A stretch of DNA of 64,000 bases from Spirochaetia bacterium. GTDB taxonomy: Bacteria > Spirochaetota > Spirochaetia > UBA9216. The DNA lies in contig OZ223264.1 of NCBI GenBank assembly GCA_965140585.1, positions 32,001 through 96,000 of the forward strand. The letters are read 5' to 3'. Of this stretch, positions 40,063 through 51,071 are shown piece after piece. Both the position numbers and the translations under genes were made by a program. The notes beneath the pieces were generated by a model. That model ran no database searches. It saw nothing but the letters and a program-made list of their open reading frames with translations, and had not been told where the DNA came from. Numbering within the stretch: the first letter of the stretch is position 1; the number at the start of each line of letters is the position of its first letter.

Positions 40063-41037
40063 TTGAAAAGTATAAAAAAAACTGAAACAGTGTTTATTAT
40101 CAGTGTAATCATAAGTGCAGTTATAGTTCTGATAACCTGGCTTCTCGGCGGCCGGCTGGAGACTGTCCCTCATTTACCCGACAAGGGTGCTTCATGGTAT
40201 TACTGGCAGCTGGCAAAGCCTGAAACCGCCGCCAGACTGAGTGCCTGGATTGGTTACGGGCTCCATCAGCTTTTTATATGGACTGTTTTTTATAAGGCGA
40301 GAAATGAAAAACCTCATCCTGATACTGTAGGCAAATTCAATGCCGCTCTTCTTCTTATAAACCTTCTGTTTATTTTTCTTCATCTTATTCAAACTCATGT
40401 CTGGTACGACGGACTTGCACAGGATGTTCCTATCTGGACTTCCCAGGGCTCTGTAATTGTAATGCTTGTTCTGATGCTCGTTATGCTTACGCCAAGACGC
40501 GGCTTTTTTCTCGGGATCAAAATTGGACTTCCGGCAAAGGGTGTAAGGTTTCTTAACGCTGTTCACGGCGTCTTTATATCATGGGCACTGGTTTATACAT
40601 TCTGGTTTCATCCCATGGAAGGAACCTATGGTCTGCTTTCCGGCTTCTTTTACATGTATCTGCTTTTTACCCAACTGAGTATGTTCAATACCAAGATACA
40701 TTTCAGCATGAAGTGGCTTGTACTTCTTGAATCAATGGTTGCCGTGCACGGAACACTTATAACACTTCAAAAAGAAAATCCTATCTGGCCGATGTTTCTT
40801 TCGGGTTTTCTTTTTATGATTGCATTTACCTACGTTTACGGTCTTACTAAAAAGCGGGTATTTAGAATAGGGACCCTTGTTCTTTATGTTCTGGCGGTCG
40901 CTGTCATGTATTATTTCCGGGGATACAATCACCTTTATGAGGTCAGTTTTATTCCGGTTGCCCTGTACGGCGGAGGGCTTGCTCTGATAATTCTGATGAA
41001 GCTTGCTGGAAAAATTTTGGAAAGGAGAGCCGGCTAA
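40063..41037 (+). CDS. Uncharacterised polytopic membrane protein
   Basis: About 10 TM, several intramembrane His, WYDGLAQD; GGAGG RBS with TTG start. Confidence 0.75.
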   Translation: MKSIKKTETVFIISVIISAVIVLITWLLGGRLETVPHLPDKGASWYYWQLAKPETAARLSAWIGYGLHQLFIWTVFYKARNEKPHPDTVGKFNAALLLINLLFIFLHLIQTHVWYDGLAQDVPIWTSQGSVIVMLVLMLVMLTPRRGFFLGIKIGLPAKGVRFLNAVHGVFISWALVYTFWFHPMEGTYGLLSGFFYMYLLFTQLSMFNTKIHFSMKWLVLLESMVAVHGTLITLQKENPIWPMFLSGFLFMIAFTYVYGLTKKRVFRIGTLVLYVLAVAVMYYFRGYNHLYEVSFIPVALYGGGLALIILMKLAGKILERRAG

Positions 41038-41043
41038 CATATT

Positions 41044-42276
41044 ATGCCGATTATTGAGCGTAAAACTCTATACAGGGTAAATACTGAAGATGTTCTTTAT
41101 CTGGATGCCGGAAACCTGATGAAAGCCGGCCAGAAGGTAGGTGAAAAGATCTAAGGCTTGGCAAAATATAATGTTTCGCATATAACTGTAATTGCTCCAA
41201 CTAGAGAGGAGCGGGCAGCTCTCAATGATGATAAACTGAAAGAGCACATCAACAATTACATTGAAATCGGAAAAAGAAAATCTCATTATGATTTGAGGTT
41301 TAATCTCAAGAATACACTACTTAATTTTCATGAACTTTACTCTTAAAAAGACAGAATCTTTTCAATACCCGGAAAACGATCATACCTTGAAACAGGCGAT
41401 CTTCTCTCAGCAAAGATTGAATCTTTAAACTACAATCATATACAGGCTGGAAGTTCCCGCCTGATTGATAAATATAAATTAAAGTACTTAGGTGAAATAA
41501 TTAGCAAGTATCAGTCCTTCTATGATAAATTAAAACCAATCGAAAAAGGTGAAAAGGAATCTAAGGGTGCTGTTAACAGAATACATATGAATTCGATTCG
41601 GCTTAACAGTATGTATGATGATTCAAAACTTGCATCACTTGGTGATTCTCTTGTTAATCAATCTATAGACATTGCTCTGCTGTTTCTTCACACCTTCATT
41701 AATATTAATAAAAAGCGGATTATTGAGGGCCGTCCGTTATCTGAATCCCGATGGGATCCGTCTCAGAAAAAATCCAATCAGGGGATATATCAGTATAAGC
41801 CTGAATTGATTTTTGAGGCTGTTATCGGGGCACTTCTTCATAATGTAGGTGAGGCACACAGTCTGGTTCATCAGATAATTTCCGGGAAGCCGTATTTTTC
41901 AGATCAGAGCAAAAATGATCAGATGAAAATAAAGCAGATTCAGAAATCAACCAATGTGCTGAAGCACCTTCTGGACCGGGATGACATATCATCAATAACC
42001 AGGATGATAGCTGTTATGCAGAAGGATTACCCTGACGGTACAGGATATCCTTCGCCCAATGAAAACCGCTATTTATTTGAGTTTGTTCGTTTATTTCAAA
42101 TTAAGGTTTATCTTTATGAGAAGAGAAAAAGAAACCACCCTATGTACGTAGGCAAGGTTGTCTCATATCCTGATTCATATTTTCCGATGGTTGCAATTCT
42201 TAAGGATGAAAAGAATAACAGAGCGTACCGGGATATGATTTTCGGTTCGGAAAGACCGCTGAGCAAACATCTGTAA
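41044..42276 (+). pseudogene. Degenerate HD-GYP-like protein with two in-frame TAA stops
   Basis: One frame from ATG 41044 with TAA at 41152 and 41344; GALLHNVG and DGTGYP motifs. Confidence 0.7.
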
Positions 42277-42287
42277 AAAAGTAATAA

Positions 42288-43031
42288 TTAAAATCCCAGC
42301 TCTTCGGCAATCATTATCACATGGAAGTCCGAGTCTGTGGGTTGCCTGTGAATGATGTTTGTAATGTTGCAGTAGCGTTCTTCTGAGCGGCAGTCCAGAC
42401 ATCTGCCGCTTTTATTGCAGGCTAGTTCATTATGGTATTTGATATTATTCATCTGGGCTGCTGTTTCATGGATTCTATCCAGGCCGGTGTTCAGGTCTTT
42501 TACAAGCTTGTTGGCTCCGGCAACTACAATAATGCGGTCGGAACCGTAGCAGCTGCCGGCAACTCTATTGCCGGTTCCATCTATGTTTATGATCTGTCCG
42601 TCCATCGTAACGGCGTTTGCTCCCAGTATAAAAACATTTGAGACCAGGTAGTTCATCAGAATTTCCCTGGTTTCCTGTTCATTTCCGATTATCTTATATC
42701 CCGGGGTTTTGCTATCAAATGCTGTTTTATTTACAGCGCAGGTATGAGGTATGGCAACGCAGTTTTTCTTTTCCAAATCGTCATCAAGTTCAAGGGAGAA
42801 AATTGTATGAGAATCTCCAAATCCGACTGTGCTGTTTTCCGGTATCAGGTTTAGAAGAAGAGCTTTTGCTTCAGTTCCCGATTTGCAGAAGTGTGCTTCA
42901 AAATTATTTTTTGACAGATTTTTAACAGCAATACGGCATTGCTGCTTCATGTAATCAGATCTTATTTTTTCTCTACTGCAGTCCTCTTCCCTTAGTTTTG
43001 GAAATTTCAGTTTTCGTAAATTAAGCATCAT
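42288..43031 (-). CDS. LUD-domain (lactate utilisation, LutC/YkgG-like) protein
   Basis: GANAVT.DG.IINIDGTGNRVA, GANKLV, C..GRC.DC..C, EELGF. Confidence 0.85.
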   Translation of the reverse strand: MMLNLRKLKFPKLREEDCSREKIRSDYMKQQCRIAVKNLSKNNFEAHFCKSGTEAKALLLNLIPENSTVGFGDSHTIFSLELDDDLEKKNCVAIPHTCAVNKTAFDSKTPGYKIIGNEQETREILMNYLVSNVFILGANAVTMDGQIINIDGTGNRVAGSCYGSDRIIVVAGANKLVKDLNTGLDRIHETAAQMNNIKYHNELACNKSGRCLDCRSEERYCNITNIIHRQPTDSDFHVIMIAEELGF

Positions 43032-43092
43032 AGCCTCCCGATGATGCTATTCTACAGTAAAAATCAGTTTCTACAAAATATTTTGGCTCGAT

Positions 43093-44461
43093 TTATAAAT
43101 CTTCGCAGTTTTCATCATCAGGATCAACACAGCCGCGTTGTCCGGGTGCCGGAAGAGCCCTGGTCTGTCCTGTTTTTATATGACAGGCCTTCAGGTTGAA
43201 GAATTTAATCTGCTCTTCAATACTCTGGACCTGGTCCGCCAGGGTTGTCGCTGTTGCCGACATTTCTTCGGCCCCGGCGGCATTTTGTTGAATGATATTG
43301 TCCAGCTGCATGATAGCCGAGTTGATCTGATCAACACCGGTGCTCTGTTCTGCACTCGCTTGACTTATTTCGCGAATAAGCGCTGATGTTTTTTGAATAT
43401 CCGGAACAAGCTTGCCCAGGCGGTCGCCTGCATCGGTTGAAAGTTTTACAGTTTCTATTGAAAGTTGGCTTATTTCTGCAGCAGATATCTGGCTTCGCTC
43501 GGCCAGCTTGCGAACTTCTGAGGCTACTACTGCAAAGCCCTTTCCATGGTCGCCAGCTCTTGCCGCCTCAATAGCCGCATTCAACGCCTGCAGGTTTGTT
43601 TGCCTGGCTATTTCCTCAATAATTACTATCTTTTCAGCAATCTGCTTCATTGAATCAACGGCCAATACTACAACCTTGCCGATTCCTCCTATAATGTCAC
43701 ATAGAGAAAAAATCATGGAGTCGATTGCACGGGCCTGATCTCCGGTTTCATCCTTCATTTTCATATTCTTTTCAGGAACATCGATTTCAAGATTTCCCCG
43801 TGAAATTTCCTGAGTCAGTCTTACCCCGGTAACAATTGGTAAGGCAATTTTTTTTACTTATTATCCATGCTGCAATAATTCCGGCCACTGAAAGGATGAT
43901 TGTCAGTACCATTAGCAGCAGGATTATATTCCTTGCCAGCCTGTCGGCCAGTTTGGTTATATCGTCATTCGGAATTGCTACGTAGAGTATTCCAATTATT
44001 TCACCCACTGAATTATGAAGGGGATCATAGGCTGTTAAATAGTTTTTTCCCAGGATTGTTGCTGAACCCAGAAATCTTGTATCGGCCATAATAGGAGCAT
44101 ATGCAGAACTTGCTTTTCCGAGAAATGTTCCTACCGCACGTGAGCCGTCATCCTTTTTAAAAACTGTTGCCGTTATATCAAGCCTGCTTCCAAAGTCATC
44201 GATGAAATCAAAATCTTTTACAGGAGAACCGGATTTATCAAGCATAATTCTGTTCTCAATATATGCTGAACCGAATCTCTTATCAAAAGCAATTATAAGT
44301 GATTCTATATCGCCTTTCACCTTCATATTCAGAGCCGCAGTTGAGATATCAGTACTCAGCTTTTTCATGCCGACGTAGGCTACAGAAAGTCCTCCGAGTG
44401 TTATGACTAAAACAATTATTACAATAAACAGTATTATCTTATTGGTTATGGATACCCGCAT
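43093..44461 (-). pseudogene. Methyl-accepting chemotaxis protein with a frameshift and internal deletions
   Basis: Cache part (DGSRAVGT, YLTAYDP) and shortened HAMP/MA part in different frames. Confidence 0.85.
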
Positions 44462-44646
44462 TAGTAGTCCTGAAAAATTATAGAGTTTCTAATATATATG
44501 TTAGTGTCTGAGATTTTCGGAATCAAGGCTGAAGATTAAATTAGAGACTTTGAAACATCAGCTGAATATAAAGTCAAGAACCCAGCCAGTATGTTTATTA
44601 AGGTGCTGGTATAATTTAAATTCCATGCTATATTAAAATCGATGTT

Positions 44647-45431
44647 ATGTTTAAAAAAGTAATCTTCTACATTTTTCTGATATTGGTGTCATCTAATATT
44701 TTTTCTCTTCCTTTCCGCAGCAGCGGGCTATGGCTTGGTGCTGATGTTTCGGCAGACTTTCTGACTATATCAGAGCTTTCAAATTCTTCAATCTGGTACA
44801 GGACTGTGATGCCTGCTTATTCAGTTGACGGGAACTATGATTATTTAACCAATGAGAATGAGCTTCACCGCAGTGATTTTGGGGTGAAGTATTTTGAAAG
44901 TAACTGCTTCAAAATGAACACCGTGGAACTTGAGCCGGGTGATATGAGGATACTGCTTTTAAATATCTACGGTGATTACACAGATACCTGCCGTTTGTTT
45001 CTTATCTTGATTATATTACAGGGCTGAAAGTTTCCGGAACATATGACAGCTATGGATGGGTTGTTTCATCAGAAGGGGTCAGGGTAAACAGTTTCTTTGA
45101 TATTAAAGTGGGACCGGTAAACGGGTTTTCGGTGAATATTCCCGATCTTTTTGAAGTCAGGAGTGTTTTTGGTATACTTGCCGGAATTCCGGTTTCAGGC
45201 AGCATTGAATATCCGGGGGATCTGGAAAAAGCGATGTATCCGCTCGATCTGCTGCTTGAGGTTCAGACTGAAGCAACCCTGTTTCTGAACCGGATTTCTC
45301 TTTCCATATTTTATAACTGGTCACAGGAGTTTATTGCCGCGGTAGAGGATGAGGCAGAATACTTCACGCCAATATCATTTAATTCCCGGATTATTCACAG
45401 TGCAGGAATCAGTGCATGCGTAAAACTATAG
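44647..45431 (+). pseudogene. Exported beta-rich (outer-membrane-like) protein, frameshifted near 44985
   Basis: Signal peptide; alternative frame LPFVSYLDYITGL.. is open into ORF 45108..45431. Confidence 0.55.
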
Positions 45432-46147
45432 AGATAGTACTGTGTCTGCTGATTGCTTCTTTCATGATTTCCTGTTCATACATTGCCTATCCGGAGGATT
45501 GTGAAGTTATAGAGGGCGAGCGATGTTTTGTAGTCTGTGACGGTACACTTACTGCGGATCAATATGAGCAGATCTGCAGTCTTGCTGACGGTGTTTATCC
45601 CGTCCTTCAGTCAGAGATTGGAATACAGATGAGTTCAAAATTATATATCCACTTCAGTGATTTAAATTTCTCCGGATCAGCGGGAGCCGCAGGCACCGAA
45701 AGTATTTTTCTTGATGCAGATTATTATACAAGCCTTGATACAGACTATAAAATATACATGCTCAGACATGAAATGACACATATAATCTTTGAACAGAATT
45801 TCGGGGACACAACATCATTCATTTTCTCGGAAGGCATAGCTGAGTATTACAGCTCTTCAGATTCAGATTCTACGGCGGGAATATATGATATTGAAAACTG
45901 GATCGGTCTTTCATATTATGATTATTTTCTTAATGCGGACGAATATACTGAAATAAGCACAGAACTGTATTCATTGAGTCTTTCGTTTATAACTTTCTGG
46001 TGTTCACAATACGGTGAAGAAAGTTTAAAAGAGCTGTACCCGGGAATTACCGCAGAGAATATAATTGAAAAACTTGAAGATTACAGTCACAAGGATTTTG
46101 ATGAAATAGTGACCGATTACAATTGCTATCAGGGAGATCGTCTGTGA
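45416..46147 (+). CDS. Lipoprotein with gluzincin-type metallopeptidase motif
   Basis: FMISC lipobox; HEMTH followed by EGIAEY. Confidence 0.7.
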   Translation: MRKTIEIVLCLLIASFMISCSYIAYPEDCEVIEGERCFVVCDGTLTADQYEQICSLADGVYPVLQSEIGIQMSSKLYIHFSDLNFSGSAGAAGTESIFLDADYYTSLDTDYKIYMLRHEMTHIIFEQNFGDTTSFIFSEGIAEYYSSSDSDSTAGIYDIENWIGLSYYDYFLNADEYTEISTELYSLSLSFITFWCSQYGEESLKELYPGITAENIIEKLEDYSHKDFDEIVTDYNCYQGDRL

Positions 46148-47451
46148 AAACACTATTTGCTTTTGCGTTTGCAGTCCCGCTATTGTTCTGGTCATGTTTC
46201 CCGTTGACTGTAGATGTTGAAACAGAAAGCTCGGAGGGAGATGTTTCATACGTTCAGGAAGTGACTCTCGATGACGGCGAGGAAAAGAGGGTAGTAATCT
46301 GTTACGGCAGTAACAATGCATTGCTGATTCAAGTTACTGAGATAAATCAAACAGGTTATATAAAAGTTTCACTCAAATCCGCCTCTGATGTCGCAGAGGG
46401 CCTTCATATCTCAGATATGATTATCAAGATATATGATGATGAGCCCCTGATTGGGGACAGCGAATATACTCCATATGATTCTTATGACAGGGACAGCGAT
46501 ACGGCTGAGTACTATTTTATTTCCGACGGTGCTCAGAAATTTATTATCCTGTACCATGAAAATTCAGATTACAGCGGTTTGTTATACGGTGATGCAGTAT
46601 TTGATTTGAGGGTGGAATCATTTGCGTATTCAGTGGAACCCCCACAACCTGAAGATGAATATGAGCAGAGGTCTATCTCGGCAGGGCAGACCGATTCAGT
46701 TTCGGTGCCTTTCCTGGGAGAATCAGCATACATATACACGCTGAATGATATTGAAATTGACAAGTTCTATTCGGTAGCCGTTAGTCTTGATAAGAGTGCG
46801 TCTGTGCTAGGATCGGATTATGCTTATTATTTTACGGGTATTGGGCTGATTGCGTCCTCTTTAAGTCTGGAAAAATATTACAACGATTCTGTAATAAATG
46901 AGGATATCTGCATCTTCCAAATTACTTCGGATGAAGGGCTTTCCGGCACTGTTGGCGATGCAGTTGCGCTTAGAATAGTGGAATGTTTCACCGGGGATCT
47001 GCTTACTGTGGAATTACAGGAAACCACAGAACACATATTTGCTGATGACGCTTTTGAACCTGATCAGGGCCCTGTTACTGCCGGCGATATCATTGATACT
47101 GGACATCAGACCTCGGAGCTTCATACAATTATTGACAGAAATGAAGACTGGATACTCTGGGAGCCATGGGGTGCCGGTGATTACCGGATTACAGTTCAGC
47201 TGACTGATGCCTGGTATCCGGATTCATCAAACGAGAATTTCGAGTGCGGCATCGGTCTGAATCTCATAGATCCGAATGGTGCTGATGAACTTGAAGCTGA
47301 ATACTATAATTTTGATGAGGCTCCTGTAAGCCCGGTTGTAAGCAGCGATCAAATTGAGTTTACCCTTGAATCGGACACGGGTGAGCCGTATTTTATTCAA
47401 ACCGGTTCCGCCTGGGATCTCAGCTATAGGGTTATCGTAGATAAGCTTTAA
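46144..47451 (+). CDS. Acidic beta-rich lipoprotein
   Basis: GTG start after GGAG, LFWSC lipobox, DDAFEPD motif. Confidence 0.65.
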   Translation: MKTLFAFAFAVPLLFWSCFPLTVDVETESSEGDVSYVQEVTLDDGEEKRVVICYGSNNALLIQVTEINQTGYIKVSLKSASDVAEGLHISDMIIKIYDDEPLIGDSEYTPYDSYDRDSDTAEYYFISDGAQKFIILYHENSDYSGLLYGDAVFDLRVESFAYSVEPPQPEDEYEQRSISAGQTDSVSVPFLGESAYIYTLNDIEIDKFYSVAVSLDKSASVLGSDYAYYFTGIGLIASSLSLEKYYNDSVINEDICIFQITSDEGLSGTVGDAVALRIVECFTGDLLTVELQETTEHIFADDAFEPDQGPVTAGDIIDTGHQTSELHTIIDRNEDWILWEPWGAGDYRITVQLTDAWYPDSSNENFECGIGLNLIDPNGADELEAEYYNFDEAPVSPVVSSDQIEFTLESDTGEPYFIQTGSAWDLSYRVIVDKL

Positions 47452-47472
47452 TTTAAAAACTATAATGCCTCC

Positions 47473-47838
47473 ATGGGATTATATTGGAAGGATATTGAAA
47501 TACTGCCCGGGATGCTTATAGAGGTGGAGCTTGTGCGTCCGGATGCCTTTGACGATGACGGCCGGCCTGTCAGGCTTACTTGGCAGATTATGAACTTCGG
47601 AACACGGCTTCCTGATGATGCCTACCTGCTTTATAAAAACGGAAAGAAGTATCCGCTTAAAAAAGTTGTTAAAAGCAGGCGACTTCAGTCGTTGATTAAA
47701 AAGGGCCAGCTTCTGCAGCTTCCTGCCGGTACGGATTATATGGTTGTTGAAGAAAGGCATAACGGTACAGAGTCCGGACTAAAGTGCTGCAACCTTGATA
47801 TGCTTGCGACCGTCAGGAGTATTCGGGTACTGGTGTGA
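47473..47838 (+). CDS. Hypothetical protein
   Basis: Clean 121-aa ORF with TATAAT 6 nt upstream. Confidence 0.6.
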   Translation: MGLYWKDIEILPGMLIEVELVRPDAFDDDGRPVRLTWQIMNFGTRLPDDAYLLYKNGKKYPLKKVVKSRRLQSLIKKGQLLQLPAGTDYMVVEERHNGTESGLKCCNLDMLATVRSIRVLV

Positions 47839-48475
47839 GGATTTTTTCTATCAGCTTTTGCATAAACGGCAGCATTTTTCTGGCGATGCCTCCAACTAGA
47901 AATACCGCAACCAGAGTTCCTTCTCGTACACCATGTATTGTGTCGAAAAAATAAATTGAAAAAATACAGCTTAGCGCAACTACCGCGGCATCAAAGCCGA
48001 TTTTTATCTTCCCGAATTCAATTTTCGTAACATCGGCTATAGCATTGGTTGCGCCCTCAGGCGGCAGAACGATAACATCGGCAGCAAGCTCCATACTTAC
48101 CCCGACAGCAGCCAGTACGCAGCTAATAAGCATAAGAATAAACCGATAATGATATACTGCAGGTGTCAGCCATGATGTAATATAGATAGAAAAGTCTACA
48201 AGGTAGCCGAAAAGAAATGCTACAGGCAGCTGAATAAGGTGTATTGGTTTGAACCTTTTTCGAAGCAGAATTATCTGCAGCAGTACCATTACAAAATGGA
48301 ATACAATTGTGAATTGTCCGATAGTAAGCTTTTCTGTTAGGCTCAGTACAAACGGGAGTGTTGATATTGTCGATATTCCCAGGTTTGCCTTTACTGAAAG
48401 GGCGGAACCCAGAGAGAGTAACCAAATCCCCAGTATAAAAAATGTGTAGCGAGTAAATATTTCTTTGAATTTCAT
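47813..48475 (-). CDS. YczE/YyaS (DUF6198-like) membrane protein
   Basis: ANLGIS, TIGQ, KIGFD, GVREGT. Confidence 0.85.
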   Translation of the reverse strand: MKFKEIFTRYTFFILGIWLLSLGSALSVKANLGISTISTLPFVLSLTEKLTIGQFTIVFHFVMVLLQIILLRKRFKPIHLIQLPVAFLFGYLVDFSIYITSWLTPAVYHYRFILMLISCVLAAVGVSMELAADVIVLPPEGATNAIADVTKIEFGKIKIGFDAAVVALSCIFSIYFFDTIHGVREGTLVAVFLVGGIARKMLPFMQKLIEKILTPVPEYS

Positions 48476-48484
48476 GTTCTTTTT

Positions 48485-48676
48485 TTAAAGTATCTTCTGG
48501 ACCCGGCCGACCTGGCCGTCTTCAAGTCTGACTTTTATCCCGTGAGGGTGGTTTGGTGATTTAGTAAGAAGATCGGCAACCACTCCCTCGGTAAGTTTTC
48601 CGGTGCGCTGATCCTTTTTTAAAACTATCGCAACCTTAATTCCCGGCTTTATATTTGCTCTGACTTTTCCGTCCAT
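48485..48676 (-). CDS. YwbE family (DUF2196) protein
   Basis: VLKKDQRTGKLTEG.V..LLTKS..HPHGIKVRL.DGQVGRV. Confidence 0.92.
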   Translation of the reverse strand: MDGKVRANIKPGIKVAIVLKKDQRTGKLTEGVVADLLTKSPNHPHGIKVRLEDGQVGRVQKIL

Positions 48677-48687
48677 ATATTTCTTTC

Positions 48688-49317
48688 CTAAATATTTAAT
48701 ATTTCAGATGAATTAATAATTTTTATTCCATCTGATTCCAATTGTGATATTGAAGATCTTACACCCTCAGTTGTGACTCCTGCGCAGGCATCTCTGATAA
48801 CAAAAACTGATCCGTCTGCATTCAGCTGTCTGGCGTCTTCTGCAGTGTTCAGGACGCATACATCGGTTGCTATTCCGCAGATGTAAATTTCCAGCTGTTC
48901 TTTTAAAGGACATTTGCTTTTAAGCAATCCGAAAAGTCCTGTATCATTTTTCTTTTCGTTGTCAAAGAATGCAGAATATGAATCAACATCGGGGTTTGTT
49001 CCCTTTCTGATTATGCAGTCGACAGGATTCAGGTTGACAGAGGGTCTGAATTCCGCTCCGCGTGTCCCCTTTATGCAGTGATCCGGCCATACGACCTGAC
49101 CGGCTTCTTCATTCATTTCATATGGCTCAGATCCCCAGGTGGTCGCGAATGACACATGATCTGCCGGATGCCAGTCCTGAGTCGCAACGACGCAGTCGAA
49201 TATTTTGCTGGTTGACAGCCTGTTAATAACAGGAATAATCTTGTCACCGTCAGAAACAGCAAGACTTCCTCCAGGGCAGAAGTCATTCTGGACATCTACA
49301 ATAATCAATGTTTTCAT
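48688..49317 (-). CDS. pncA: Nicotinamidase/pyrazinamidase
   Basis: VDVQNDFCPGGSL, TQDWHP..H, WPDHC, KG..DSYSAF, GIATDVCV. Confidence 0.93.
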   Translation of the reverse strand: MKTLIIVDVQNDFCPGGSLAVSDGDKIIPVINRLSTSKIFDCVVATQDWHPADHVSFATTWGSEPYEMNEEAGQVVWPDHCIKGTRGAEFRPSVNLNPVDCIIRKGTNPDVDSYSAFFDNEKKNDTGLFGLLKSKCPLKEQLEIYICGIATDVCVLNTAEDARQLNADGSVFVIRDACAGVTTEGVRSSISQLESDGIKIINSSEILNI

Positions 49318-49398
49318 CCCAGCATATTATGCCTGATCGTGTGCGAGGGTCAATATTTCTATTTACTGTATAGTGAGATTATAATTATAATATTTCCT

Positions 49399-50822
49399 AT
49401 GAAAAGCAGTGATATCTCCAACCAGGATGCAAAAAGAGTTTTCCAATTGCCTGAAAAGCTCGAAAATTCACTGCTTTAAAGGATTATTGAAAATTCGTAT
49501 GACGGATTATTGGCACCGACAACACCGGGCGGGTTCTTCTTGCCAACCCTCCGGCCGCAAATTTTATGAACCGTACCGTCGAGGAGCTTCTTGGCTATAA
49601 TGTCAGACTTCTGGTTGAAAAGGGTTTTTACAGTCAATCTACCATTCTGGAGACTATAAGGACGGGACAGACCGTAACAAAACTGATAACAATACCAAGC
49701 GGAAAGAAGGTTCTTTCAACAAGTATTCCTGTACTCAATGATGATAATACCGTTAATCTGATTGTTACCACTACAATTAATCAGGATCTGGTTGATACAT
49801 ATGTGGATGCGATTGAACAAGAAAAGACAAAATCGGAAAAATATAAAAGTGCCGCCAATTATCTTGATGGTCTTTAATCCAGAGCTAATGAGATTGTCTT
49901 TAAAAGCGAAAAAATGAAGCGGGTATGATTGCCAGAACCGACAGTACTGTTCTGATAACCGGGGAATCGGGCACGGAAAAAGAAGTTATTGCAAGATTTA
50001 TTCACAGAAACAGCTTCCGATTCAGAGAACCCTTTATTCCGGTTAACTGTGCAGCAATACCTGAGGAATTGATGGAGTCGGAATTTTTCGGGTATGACAA
50101 GGGGGCTTTTTCCGGAGCAAATTCAAGAGGGAAACTGGGCTTCTTTGAGATGGCTGATAACGGAACTCTTTTTCTTGATGAAATCGGAGAGCTGTCTTTG
50201 AACCTGCAGTCTAAACTGCTGAGGGTTCTTGAGACAGGAGAGTTTCAGCGCTTTGGCGGCGTTGCGATAAAAAAATCGGATGTCAGGCTTGTTGCGGCAA
50301 CTAATAAAGATCTAGCCTCAATGGTCACTCGCGGGGTTTTCAGGGAGGATTTATATTACAGACTCAATGTTATCCCTGTTTCCATACCGCCGCTGAGGGA
50401 GAGGCCGGAAGATATTTTGAAGCTTTCTGATAAGTTTTTAAAGGAATTCAACGCGAAATTCGGGACTGATAAGGCATTTTCAAAGAACCTTCTTGTTAAT
50501 TTTATGAACTACAGCTGGCCGGGTAATGCGAGAGAATTAAGGAACCTGATTGAAAGGCTTGTTATTATTTCCAGCGGAAAAGAACTGAATTATGATTTTA
50601 AGGGTGATTATTGCTCGGAAAAAGATACGGTTGAGTCAAAGCTTGATAAAAAAGGAACTGAATTTGTTCCTTATTAAGGATGCCGTTAAGACGTATGAGC
50701 AGACTTATATAAAAGCTGCAGTAGATTCATGTAATGGTAAAATTTCAGCGGCGGCAAATCTGCTTGGAATTCACCGGACCATGATATATCGAAAGCTTGA
50801 ATCTTCTTCTTTAGATGATTAG
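49399..50822 (+). pseudogene. PAS-AAA-HTH sigma54-dependent activator, disrupted
   Basis: Stop and frameshifts split PAS, AAA ([15 protein letters not shown]) and Fis-HTH; Walker A reads GESGTEKE. Confidence 0.88.
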
Positions 50823-50826
50823 GTTT

Positions 50827-50887
50827 TGTAGTATAATCGCTACATATGTAGTAAATATGCTACAATAAATGTTGCAAAATTGCTACA
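50827..50887. promoter_or_regulatory. Three tandem TGT-N12-ACA upstream activator boxes
   Basis: TGTAGTATAATCGCTACA, TGTAGTAAATATGCTACA, TGTTGCAAAATTGCTACA at 50827, 50847, 50870. Confidence 0.75.
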
Positions 50888-51011
50888 AGTAAAAATCATA
50901 ATAAAATAAACTCAGTGTAATAAAGTCTGAAATTTGATAAATACCAGCTGTTTTTCCCATTTTTCTCTCCTAATCAACGGTTTCTATAAATAATTCAAAT
51001 AAAAAATTGAT

Positions 51012-51028
51012 TTGGTATGTAACTTGCA
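51012..51028 (+). promoter_or_regulatory. Sigma54 -24/-12 promoter
   Basis: TTGGTATGTAACTTGCA (GG-N10-GC) downstream of the activator gene and boxes. Confidence 0.75.
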
Positions 51029-51071
51029 TTTATGACTTCGAGAATATCATTTAGATAAGGAGAAGAATTAA

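Noticed and set aside
50827-50887. Mini-CRISPR or tandem repeat
   Set aside because: Units are 18-bp palindromes with 2-5 nt gaps next to a sigma54 activator and promoter; they fit activator boxes
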